Source: Anaerolineae bacterium
Lineage (GTDB): Bacteria; Chloroflexota; Anaerolineae; S140-20
Length of the DNA: 60,307 bases
Assembly: GCA_027021705.1 (NCBI GenBank)
Contig: JALUTT010000034.1
Location: 1 to 60,307, forward strand
Reading direction: 5' to 3'
The translations under genes and the position numbers were made by a program. Positions 28,714 through 36,863 of the stretch are shown here, in pieces. The first letter of the stretch is position 1. The number at the start of each line of letters is the position of its first letter. Under the pieces are notes generated by a model, which was not told the origin of the DNA, ran no database searches, and was given only the letters and a program-made list of their open reading frames with translations.

Positions 28714-29508
28714 TTAGTACTTAATGTAATCGCTGTATTTTCCTCGGATGAAACGCCGGCTGTCCGACGCCTCGGAGCGGTCTTCGTCTTCGTCCTCCCT
28801 CCCCTCCCTGGCCCAGCGCTCCAGGATGGCGCGGACGTAGCGCCATTGGCGGACGTTGGCCTCGGCAGCCCGGTGGAAGGCTTCTTCAATCCAGGCGGGC
28901 GGATAGGTGGCCTCGGCCTCCCGGAGTTCGTCGGCGATGAGGGGCGAGAGGAGGCCGATGGTCTGCTCGTAGAGGGTGAAGATGGTAGGCCGCCGGACCT
29001 GGACCTGGAGGGGGGCCGGCGTGGCGGCGGGCCATCGTCCCTCCTGGAGGGCCTGGACGGCCGCCCGTCCCCGGGAGGAGTTGGCGAAGTACCAGTCCTC
29101 CTCCCGTCCATCCTGCCGCACCCGGACGTGGAGCAGGGCGCCCCGCACGACGGCCCGCTCCAGCCCCTCGGCGATGGCCTGGGCCGGGTCCTCGCCCAGG
29201 CCGGCCCGGAGCACGGGGTCGGCCAGGAGGTCCCGGCGACGCAGGTAGGGGGTGGGGGGCGAGGCGTCCGGGGTCGGCGTCGGGGAACCCGACGGGTGGA
29301 CCGGGCCGGGCTCCTGGGCCGGTGCCGTTCCCGCGCCCATCTGGCTGAGCCGCCAGAGGCAGTGGAGCGTCACCTTCAGCTCGACGAGGTTGTCAATGAG
29401 GGGCAGTAACTCGCTGAAGACGGACTCCGGCAGGGAGACCGGTCGGGCTCTATCGGGGAAGCCGGGGAAGTAGAACGCTTTCATCTCGCCCATTTGTGCC
29501 CCACTCAC
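28714..29508 (-). CDS. DnaD domain protein
   Basis: IFTLYEQTIGLLSPLIADEL...WIEEAF..A...RQWRYVRAILERW. Confidence 0.85.
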   Translation of the reverse strand: MSGAQMGEMKAFYFPGFPDRARPVSLPESVFSELLPLIDNLVELKVTLHCLWRLSQMGAGTAPAQEPGPVHPSGSPTPTPDASPPTPYLRRRDLLADPVLRAGLGEDPAQAIAEGLERAVVRGALLHVRVRQDGREEDWYFANSSRGRAAVQALQEGRWPAATPAPLQVQVRRPTIFTLYEQTIGLLSPLIADELREAEATYPPAWIEEAFHRAAEANVRQWRYVRAILERWAREGREDEDEDRSEASDSRRFIRGKYSDYIKY

Positions 29509-29720
29509 TCCGCTCCTGAATCACAAAGCTCACCAAGAGCACGACGCACACGAAGCACCTCAAACACGGCGACCTCATCATCTTCAGGGTTTGCCTCGGT
29601 CCACAAGAGGGCCTCCCGGCGCAGGGCCGCCTCTTCGTCGCAGAAAGCCTCAACGGAGACGGGGATACCGCGCTCAACCAGGACTACAATCCACAGGGAG
29701 TCTGACCGTTGGTCGGGCAT
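29505..29720 (-). CDS. Small hypothetical protein
   Basis: 71-aa ORF filling the dnaB-dnaD gap; its stop overlaps the dnaD start. Confidence 0.5.
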   Translation of the reverse strand: MPDQRSDSLWIVVLVERGIPVSVEAFCDEEAALRREALLWTEANPEDDEVAVFEVLRVRRALGELCDSGAE

Positions 29721-29762
29721 CGTTCACCTGCCGCTGGGAATCTACACTCCGGGTCCTACGGG

Positions 29763-32402
29763 CTAGAAGGCCAGGTCGGCGCGGCGGACCTCGGCGTCCA
29801 CGAACTGGGTTTGCTCCTTCTTGAAGAAGAGCTGGATGGTGCCCGTGGGACCGTGCCGGTGCTTGGCTACGATGATGTCGGCGATGTTCTTCAGCTCGGT
29901 ATCAGGATTGTACACCTCATCGCGATAGATGAAAAGGACCACATCGGCGTCTTGTTCCAGGGAGTTGTGGACAATGATGTCGTTGGCTACAAAGTTGTGG
30001 TGCCCGGGCACTTCGAGATCGAAAACTTCCTCAACGCCGGCAGGCTCCACACGGACTATTTGGTCCCAATAAACATCACTTTGGCTAAGGCGTATCAGCG
30101 CTTTGCTTTGCACAACCTGTCCCACTCGAAGTGCTCGAGAACGGCTGAGATTACTCTTGTACAAAGTGGACCCACAGTAGCGCATTCCAAGCGCTGCTTG
30201 CATCGCACGATGGCTCATTCCGATAGCCTGTCGGGCTGGCTCCACCAGCGAATGCCATGCCGCAGAAGGAATCACATCTCGGTTTGTACTATGGGCACGT
30301 CCATCATAGAAATCACGAATTTGCTTTAAATTCCTCGATCTTGGCCCCACAAGCCCCACCCGCTCAATGAAGGTCATTACATCCGGCTTGCCGGTGATGG
30401 TGACATGCCATTGGTCCCGACCTTTGCCCCGTTGAGGCACCCGATAGACTCGTGCGATGATCCCTAATCGCAGTAGTAAAGACTGGACATCTAATGCAAG
30501 CCGCTTGCTACTCGTTGCATAAGAGATGACTGCACGTGGTTTTTTCCTCCCGTATATACCAAGAGTTCCGTCGGTGGTCCACAAATGTCGCAGGAATCGC
30601 GCGACAATCTCAGGCGGCTGCACAAACAGGGATGACGGAACTTGCTTCTCGAAAGAACGCTTGCCCCAGATCCCCAAGCGTTCTAACCATTGGGCGATAG
30701 GATTGCGCTTCCCGTGCGTTAGATGACCCGTAGCGCTTAAGTAGACTTGCCACCACTGGCGTTCCCGCTCCACACGCGGTTGCACCTTATCTCCGAACAC
30801 TTGTGCTGCCAACTCAGCAACCAACTCGGCCAATTCCCAGTGGACAGTGGTGTACTGGATTGCATGTCGGGGCAAAGTACATCCATCCCCGATTAAATGG
30901 CCGAGAAGCGCTACCTCCGATTCTGTGAGGGTTGCCTGAGGTGGCGTAAGCTCCTCCCAAGAGCGTGGGAGGGCTATATATTCTCCCGGCACAAGCTGGT
31001 CCAAGCGCTTCCAGCCTTCCAAGGTGCGAAATCGGTGGTTGGCCGTCGCACGCACCTCTCTTCCCAACCGGGTGAGAAGGCGGAAAACCGGCTTCACGCC
31101 TGTGCGCCACGCTTTACGGGCGTGGGTTGACTCCAGCCGCCAGGTGGCCTCGTTGAGGGCCATAACCTCCAGGGGCCGGCTTGCTTGCACGAGGTCCCGG
31201 ATGGGCACCCGTCGTCCGTCGGCCATCTGGACCAGCGTATCCCCTGTCAAACAGCCGCTCTCCCGCAGGTCGGAGAGGAGGGGGCGCTTGTCGTGGCGCT
31301 GCTCGACGGCTCTGGAGAGCTGGGAGGCAGCGACGACGGGCACGTTGAGTTCCCGGGCCAGCCCTTTCAGGGCGCGGGAGATGTAGCTGACTTCCTGCAC
31401 CCGGTTCTCGGCCCGGAAATCGCCGCTCATCAGTTGCAGGTAGTCCACCATGATCAGGTCCAGCCCGTGCTCGGCGTAGAGCCGGCGGGCCTTGGTGCGC
31501 AACTGCATCGCCGAGATGGCCGGGGTGTCGTCAATGAAGATCATCGTCTCCGAGAGCGCACCGGAGGCCTGGACGAAGCGCGGCCACTCATCCTCTCGCA
31601 GATCGCCCGTCCGCAGCCGTTGGCTGTCAATCCCCGTCTCGGCGCTGATCAGCCGCTGGACCAACTGCTCGGCCGACATCTCCAGGCTGAAGATGGCCAC
31701 CCGCTGACGGAGCTTGCGGGCGGCGTTGAGGGCGATGGAGAGGAGCAGGCTGGTCTTCCCCAGGCCGGGCCGGGCGGCGACGATGATCAGGTCGGAGCGC
31801 TGCAAGCCCCCCAGCAGCCGGTCCAGGTCAATGAATCCGGTGGGAACCCCCAACGGCTCCCCCCGGTGCTCGTACAGGTACTGAATGCGGTCGAAGTAGT
31901 CGGCCACCACCTGGTGGATGGGCACCAGGTCGCGGGCGAGCCGCTGCTGGGAGACGCCGAAGAGGGTCTGCTCGGCCCGGTCCAGCACCTCCTCGACGTC
32001 CTCGGACTCTTCGTAGGCCAGGCTGGCGATCTGGCCGGCGGCGGCGATGAGCCGGCGGCGGATCGCCGTCCGCTCGACGATCCGCCCGTAGGCTTCGGCG
32101 TGGATGGCGCTGGGGACGGCGTTGATGAGGCTGCTGATGTAGGCCGGCCCGCCCACTTCGTCCAGTCGGCCCTGGCGTTCCAGTTCGTCGCAGACGGTCA
32201 CGAAGTCGGCCGGCTCCCGCCGGTCGTGCAGGGCCAGGATCGCCTCGTAGATCCAGCCGTTCTTGACGATGTAGAAGTCTTCGGGCCGGAGAAAGGGGGA
32301 GACGCGGAAGATCGCCTCGGGATCAATGAGCAGCGATCCCAGCAGCGCCTCCTCCGCTTCCACATTGTGGGGGACCATCTTATCGGGAGCCGTTGTGGTC
32401 AT
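29763..32402 (-). CDS. dnaB: Replicative DNA helicase DnaB, intein-containing
   Basis: [47 protein letters not shown]|...|SLEQDAD. Confidence 0.96.
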   Translation of the reverse strand: MTTTAPDKMVPHNVEAEEALLGSLLIDPEAIFRVSPFLRPEDFYIVKNGWIYEAILALHDRREPADFVTVCDELERQGRLDEVGGPAYISSLINAVPSAIHAEAYGRIVERTAIRRRLIAAAGQIASLAYEESEDVEEVLDRAEQTLFGVSQQRLARDLVPIHQVVADYFDRIQYLYEHRGEPLGVPTGFIDLDRLLGGLQRSDLIIVAARPGLGKTSLLLSIALNAARKLRQRVAIFSLEMSAEQLVQRLISAETGIDSQRLRTGDLREDEWPRFVQASGALSETMIFIDDTPAISAMQLRTKARRLYAEHGLDLIMVDYLQLMSGDFRAENRVQEVSYISRALKGLARELNVPVVAASQLSRAVEQRHDKRPLLSDLRESGCLTGDTLVQMADGRRVPIRDLVQASRPLEVMALNEATWRLESTHARKAWRTGVKPVFRLLTRLGREVRATANHRFRTLEGWKRLDQLVPGEYIALPRSWEELTPPQATLTESEVALLGHLIGDGCTLPRHAIQYTTVHWELAELVAELAAQVFGDKVQPRVERERQWWQVYLSATGHLTHGKRNPIAQWLERLGIWGKRSFEKQVPSSLFVQPPEIVARFLRHLWTTDGTLGIYGRKKPRAVISYATSSKRLALDVQSLLLRLGIIARVYRVPQRGKGRDQWHVTITGKPDVMTFIERVGLVGPRSRNLKQIRDFYDGRAHSTNRDVIPSAAWHSLVEPARQAIGMSHRAMQAALGMRYCGSTLYKSNLSRSRALRVGQVVQSKALIRLSQSDVYWDQIVRVEPAGVEEVFDLEVPGHHNFVANDIIVHNSLEQDADVVLFIYRDEVYNPDTELKNIADIIVAKHRHGPTGTIQLFFKKEQTQFVDAEVRRADLAF
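29964..31253 (-). mobile_element. 430-aa intein with LAGLIDADG homing endonuclease in DnaB
   Basis: CLTGDT block A, TANHRF block [10 protein letters not shown] and [10 protein letters not shown] blocks, [19 protein letters not shown]; visibly lower GC than the exteins. Confidence 0.93.
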
Positions 32403-32656
32403 CGGGCCTCCTACACGCGGGACAAGTCAACGAGGTGACGAGTCAATGGGTTAACGAGGCAACGGGTCGGCAAGGCTGGGCAGGAAGGGATTGACCATTG
32501 GAAGGAGTCAGGAATCGCCTCCAGAGGCTCCGTATCCTCCCCTCATCCAGGGGCGAGTCCAGGAACCACCCCAACGCGCTGCCGCAATCCAATTATACCT
32601 CAGTTGCTTCGATCGTACAAACGTTCTACAAATATCAGAGCCCCCCTCTCCGCTCA

Positions 32657-33110
32657 ATCCGCTCCCCAATCCGTTGACAGCTCGTCCGCTCCGGCCACGG
32701 CGAGGGACACGGAGGGCACCAAGCGCTCAAAGGGCACAAAGCGGTGCGAAAGTCTGGACAACCCCTCTTGCGAGCACCACCCCCCCATCCGTTCCAAATC
32801 CGTTCAATCCGTTCCCAATCCGTTGACAGCTATCCGCTCCCCAATCCGTTGCCAGCTCGTCCGTTCCGGCCACGGCGAGGGACACGGAGGGCACCAAGAG
32901 CTCAAAGGGCACAAAGCGGTGCGAAAGTCTGGACAAGCCCTCTTGCGAGCACCAACCCCCCATCCGTTCCAAATCCGTTGACGCGAGTCAGCGAGTCGGC
33001 GAATCGGCGAGGCAACGAGGTTCCAAATCCGTTCAATCCGTTCCTAATCCGTTGACAGCTATCCGCTCCCAATCCGTTGACAGCCATCCGCTCCCCCAAT
33101 CCGTTGACTG
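32657..33110. repeat. 175-bp tandem duplication plus AATCCGTT-type short repeats
   Basis: CCGGCCACGGCGAGGGACACGG at 32691 and 32866; many AATCCGTT(GACAGCT) units. Confidence 0.88.
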
Positions 33111-33111
33111 C

Positions 33112-34470
33112 TCATCCGAAGACGAAGATGAAGAGCAGGTCGTTGACGTTGGTCTGGGTGGGGCCGGTGAGGATCAGGTCGCCCAGGGCCTGGAAGAAGG
33201 GATAGGCATCGTTGTCGGCCAGGTGCGCCAGCGGGTCCAGCCCCAGCGCCCGGGCCCGCCGGACCGTCTCCCCCGTGGCGATGGCCCCGGCGGCATCCGT
33301 CGGACCGTCGGTGCCGTCGGTGGCCAGGGCGACGAACACGACGTCGGGCCAGCCCTCCAGGGCCAGCGCCGCCGCCAGCGCCAACTCCTGGTTCCGCCCC
33401 CCCTTCCCCTTTCCGCGCACCGTCACCGTCGTCTCACCCCCCCAGACGAGGCAGGCCGGCCGGGCCACCGGACGCCCGTAACGGACCACCTCCTTGGCCA
33501 GCGCCGCCGCCACCCGGGCCACTTCCCGCGCTTCCCCCTCTACGTAGGTGGAGAGCAGCAGGGCGTGAAAGCCCAGCTCTCGGGCCGTCTCCACCGCCGC
33601 CTCGGCCGCCAGCCGGTTGGAGGCGACGATCACGTTCTGCACCCGCTCGAAGAGGGGATCGCCCGGCTTGGGGGTCTCCGGCACCTCCCCCGCCATCCCC
33701 GCCCGCAGGCGGGCGACGACGGCCGGCGGAGCCCGGTCCACCAGCCCGTACCGCTCCAACACCGCCCAGGCGTCGGCGAAGGTGGTCGGATCGGGGGCCG
33801 TGGGGCCGGAGGCGATGACGTCCAGGGGGTCCCCCACCACATCGGAAAGGATGAGGCTGACGATGGGGGCCGGCGCCGCCATCCGTGCCAGCCCTCCCCC
33901 CTTGATCCGGCTGCAGTGCTTGCGCACGGCGTTCAACTCGACGATGGTCGCCCCGCTGCGCAGGAGCAGGTCCGTGACCGCCTGCAGGTCGGCCAGGGTG
34001 AGGCCCGGGGCCGGCGAGACCAGGAGCGCCGACCCGCCCCCGGAGATGGCGCAGAGGACCAGGTCCTGCTCCGTCGTGTCGGCCAGCAGGCGGGCGATCT
34101 CCTGGGCTCCACGCACGCCCGCCTCGTCGGGAACGGGGTGGCTGGCCTCCAGCAGCCGCACCCGCCCGTCGGGCAGATCGCCCGGCCCGACGTGACCGTA
34201 CTTGGTGACGGCCACCGCCCGGGTCAGCCGGTCCCCCAGCACCTCGGCCAGCGCCGCCACCATCGGCGTGGCCGCCTTGCCCCCGCCGACGACGAAGACC
34301 CGCTCCACGGTCGCCAGGTCGTAGGTGCGGGCAGGCACATCCCCCCCGCCCCCGACGATCAGCCGATCCCCCTCTCGCCGCAGGTGGCGGTGGATGGCGA
34401 CCGCCGGATCCACCGCCTCCAGGGCTGCTCGCTGGACCTGCTCGATGAGCGAACGGTGTTCCGCCTTCAT
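33112..34470 (-). CDS. Glycerate 2-kinase (TtuD/MOFRL family)
   Basis: GGGKAA, ASHPVPD, ISGGGSAL, LILSDVVGD, GGETTV, GGRNQE, TDGTDG, TNVND. Confidence 0.92.
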   Translation of the reverse strand: MKAEHRSLIEQVQRAALEAVDPAVAIHRHLRREGDRLIVGGGGDVPARTYDLATVERVFVVGGGKAATPMVAALAEVLGDRLTRAVAVTKYGHVGPGDLPDGRVRLLEASHPVPDEAGVRGAQEIARLLADTTEQDLVLCAISGGGSALLVSPAPGLTLADLQAVTDLLLRSGATIVELNAVRKHCSRIKGGGLARMAAPAPIVSLILSDVVGDPLDVIASGPTAPDPTTFADAWAVLERYGLVDRAPPAVVARLRAGMAGEVPETPKPGDPLFERVQNVIVASNRLAAEAAVETARELGFHALLLSTYVEGEAREVARVAAALAKEVVRYGRPVARPACLVWGGETTVTVRGKGKGGRNQELALAAALALEGWPDVVFVALATDGTDGPTDAAGAIATGETVRRARALGLDPLAHLADNDAYPFFQALGDLILTGPTQTNVNDLLFIFVFG

Positions 34471-35804
34471 CTCCGTCCCTCCACCGTAGCGATGGCCTCT
34501 TCAGCCGCCTCCTCGGGCGTGGAGACCCCGCGTAGCACGTCGCGCAGGGCCGTCTGCAAGGGGGGGGCCAGGACCTGCTCCACCTCCGGCGGTGGGGCGG
34601 CCACCGCCCGCTCCAGGTGTTGGCGGATGAAGGGCACGTAAGCGTCGTCCTGATCCCACATCTCCAGGGAAGCCCGCCGGGCCGGCAGCCGACCGGCCGC
34701 TTGGCTCCAAGCCCCGTTGTTCTCCGGCTCTATCAGCCACTCCAGGAGCAGGGCCGCCAGCTTCTGGCGCTCCGGGTCCGACGTGATAACGACCAGCACC
34801 CACCCTCGCCCCAGCGGGGCGATCTGCCGGTTGCGCGTAGGGACGGGGGCGAACCCGACGTGGGCCAGTTGATCCCGCTCCATCAGGAAGAAGGTGGCCG
34901 GCAGTTGGGCCATCCCCGCCTCGCCGGCCAGGAAGCGGGTCCAGACACTGGCCGCGTTGCTCAGGTTGAGCACCCGATAGGGGATGACGCCCAGCTTTCG
35001 CCCCCGGTTGAAGAAAGTGAGCACCTCCACCAGCGGCTCCCGGTCCAACACAGGCCGTCCCTCCTCGTCCACCAGCCGCCCCCCCAAGGCCAGGTACTGG
35101 TTGATCAGGACATCGTTGAGCCCTCCTCGAGGGGTCCCCGTGGCGAAGAGAAAGGGCGTCGTGCTGGAGTAGACGTCCCGCCAGCTCATCGGAGGGCGCT
35201 CCAGCTTTGTGGTGTCGTAGACCAGGTGCTGGAGCTCGGCCTGGTAGGGGACGCCGACCCAGACCCCATCCACCTCCCCAAGCTGGACGGCGAAGGGGAA
35301 GAGGTCGGTCAGCAACTCGGAGGGGATGAGGCCATCCAGCGGTTGCACCAGCCCCTCCCGCGCCGCCGTGGGCAGTTCCGCCGCATCCAGCACCATCAGG
35401 TCGGGCAGGAGGGAGGGAGCGACCGGCTTGGCCGTGCGCAGGTAGTCCAACAGCCCCCCGGGACCGTAGGGCTTCTTGAGAACGACCTCGACCCGCAGGT
35501 CGGGGTGATCGGCCTGGAAAGCGGCGAACTGCTGGAGCAACTGGTTGCCCCCGGGCGACCCGCCCCGAGGGGCGAAATCCTCCGTTGTCCACAGCGTCAG
35601 CGTCAGCGGGCGTTCCAGCGTTGGCGTGACGGGCGGCAACGGGGGGGTGAGGCTGGGAGCGAGGGTCACGGTCGGCGAGGGGGGAGGGGTCACGGTCTGA
35701 GAAGGCGCGGGGAGCGTACAGGCCGCCGACAGGGCCAGCAGCCCCAAGATCAGCAGGCGAACCCATGATGACGGATTCGCTGTTGGCAGGCAGGTTGGGC
35801 GCAT
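34467..35804 (-). CDS. Extracellular solute-binding lipoprotein (sugar-binding type)
   Basis: Lipobox LSAAC, Pro/Thr linker, PDLMVL..VQPLD, LPARR. Confidence 0.8.
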   Translation of the reverse strand: MRPTCLPTANPSSWVRLLILGLLALSAACTLPAPSQTVTPPPSPTVTLAPSLTPPLPPVTPTLERPLTLTLWTTEDFAPRGGSPGGNQLLQQFAAFQADHPDLRVEVVLKKPYGPGGLLDYLRTAKPVAPSLLPDLMVLDAAELPTAAREGLVQPLDGLIPSELLTDLFPFAVQLGEVDGVWVGVPYQAELQHLVYDTTKLERPPMSWRDVYSSTTPFLFATGTPRGGLNDVLINQYLALGGRLVDEEGRPVLDREPLVEVLTFFNRGRKLGVIPYRVLNLSNAASVWTRFLAGEAGMAQLPATFFLMERDQLAHVGFAPVPTRNRQIAPLGRGWVLVVITSDPERQKLAALLLEWLIEPENNGAWSQAAGRLPARRASLEMWDQDDAYVPFIRQHLERAVAAPPPEVEQVLAPPLQTALRDVLRGVSTPEEAAEEAIATVEGRR

Positions 35805-35851
35805 TGCACTCCCCTCCGACTGGTGAGCGGCACCGGAGATGTCCTGTTGGG

Positions 35852-35972
35852 GTAACTGTTCACCCTCCCGCAGGTTAGGCGCGTTTCCGACGCGAAACCG
35901 TGCTCCAAATCGCCCATCGGGGCTGAAAGCGCCCTCGACCGGTGCCTGCGGTAGGGTAGGCTGAATAGATAC
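35852..35972 (+). mobile_element. 121-bp MITE-like element, copy 2
   Basis: GTAACTGTTCAC...CTGAATAGATAC; flanks CTGTTGGG/CTGCTGGG. Confidence 0.8.
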
Positions 35973-36033
35973 CTGCTGGGGAATTGTACTTCAGGGCTCC
36001 AAAGCGGGCAAGGGCATAAGAAGCCATTCCCAG

Positions 36034-36155
36034 GTAACTGTTCATCCTCCCGCAGGTTAGGCGCGTTTCCGACGCGAAACCGTGCTTCAAATAGCCCATC
36101 GGGGCTGAAAGCGCCCTCGACCGGTGACCTGCGGGAGGGTAGGCTGAATAGATAC
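36034..36155 (+). mobile_element. 122-bp MITE-like element, copy 3
   Basis: GTAACTGTTCAT...CTGAATAGATAC; flanks ATTCCCAG/GTTCCCAG. Confidence 0.8.
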
Positions 36156-36240
36156 GTTCCCAGAATGTGGTTGCTTGTTTGGGGATTTTATGCTATGCTA
36201 CCGCTACCCACCCACACTCGGTGCGGAAAAGGAGCGAGCG

Positions 36241-36798
36241 ATGAGCGACAACGGCAACGGCAAGGCGATCCCCTTCCCCCTGATGGATGGGGATGAGGAG
36301 TACTTCTCCGAAGAGATGGTAGAAACTATGCTGGAGTGGGGGGAGGCCCTGACCAACCTCTTCCAGATTGAGCCTCCCATGCCCGGCCTGCCCACCCTGA
36401 ACCTGACCATCGAGCAGGGGATGGCGTTGGCCGGGATGCTCTACGCCCGCCAGGTGGACTTGGATGGGTTAATCGAGCTGGCGGAGTCCTGGGTGGAGGA
36501 CGAGAGCACCCGCATCCCCATCGGGTGGCTGACCGCTCCCCTGGCAGCTTCCCAGTTCTACGTGAGCTTGGCCCACCGCATCCTGCACGGGGACCAGGAG
36601 TTGGCGGGTGAGGAATTCTCCCTCTACCTGCCTGACGAAAGCGAGATGGACCGGGATGACCAGATCTGCTCGCTGTTGGGGGCTGTCGAGTTGGTCCTGG
36701 ACCTGGCGAGCTATCTAGACGACGCCGACCGACAGTGGCTGGACGGCTGGGCCAAAGCCCTCTACGTCGAAGCGATCCGCCACTCGTCCGAGCAGTGA
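36241..36798 (+). CDS. Acidic hypothetical protein
   Basis: AAGGAG RBS before ATG 36241; host-like codon usage; no recognised motif. Confidence 0.7.
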   Translation: MSDNGNGKAIPFPLMDGDEEYFSEEMVETMLEWGEALTNLFQIEPPMPGLPTLNLTIEQGMALAGMLYARQVDLDGLIELAESWVEDESTRIPIGWLTAPLAASQFYVSLAHRILHGDQELAGEEFSLYLPDESEMDRDDQICSLLGAVELVLDLASYLDDADRQWLDGWAKALYVEAIRHSSEQ

Positions 36799-36863
36799 GG
36801 AGCTGAGAGACGAGAACTTGGATTGGAAGATTGGCTCCCTATGCCGGAAGGTGGAAACGGCTC

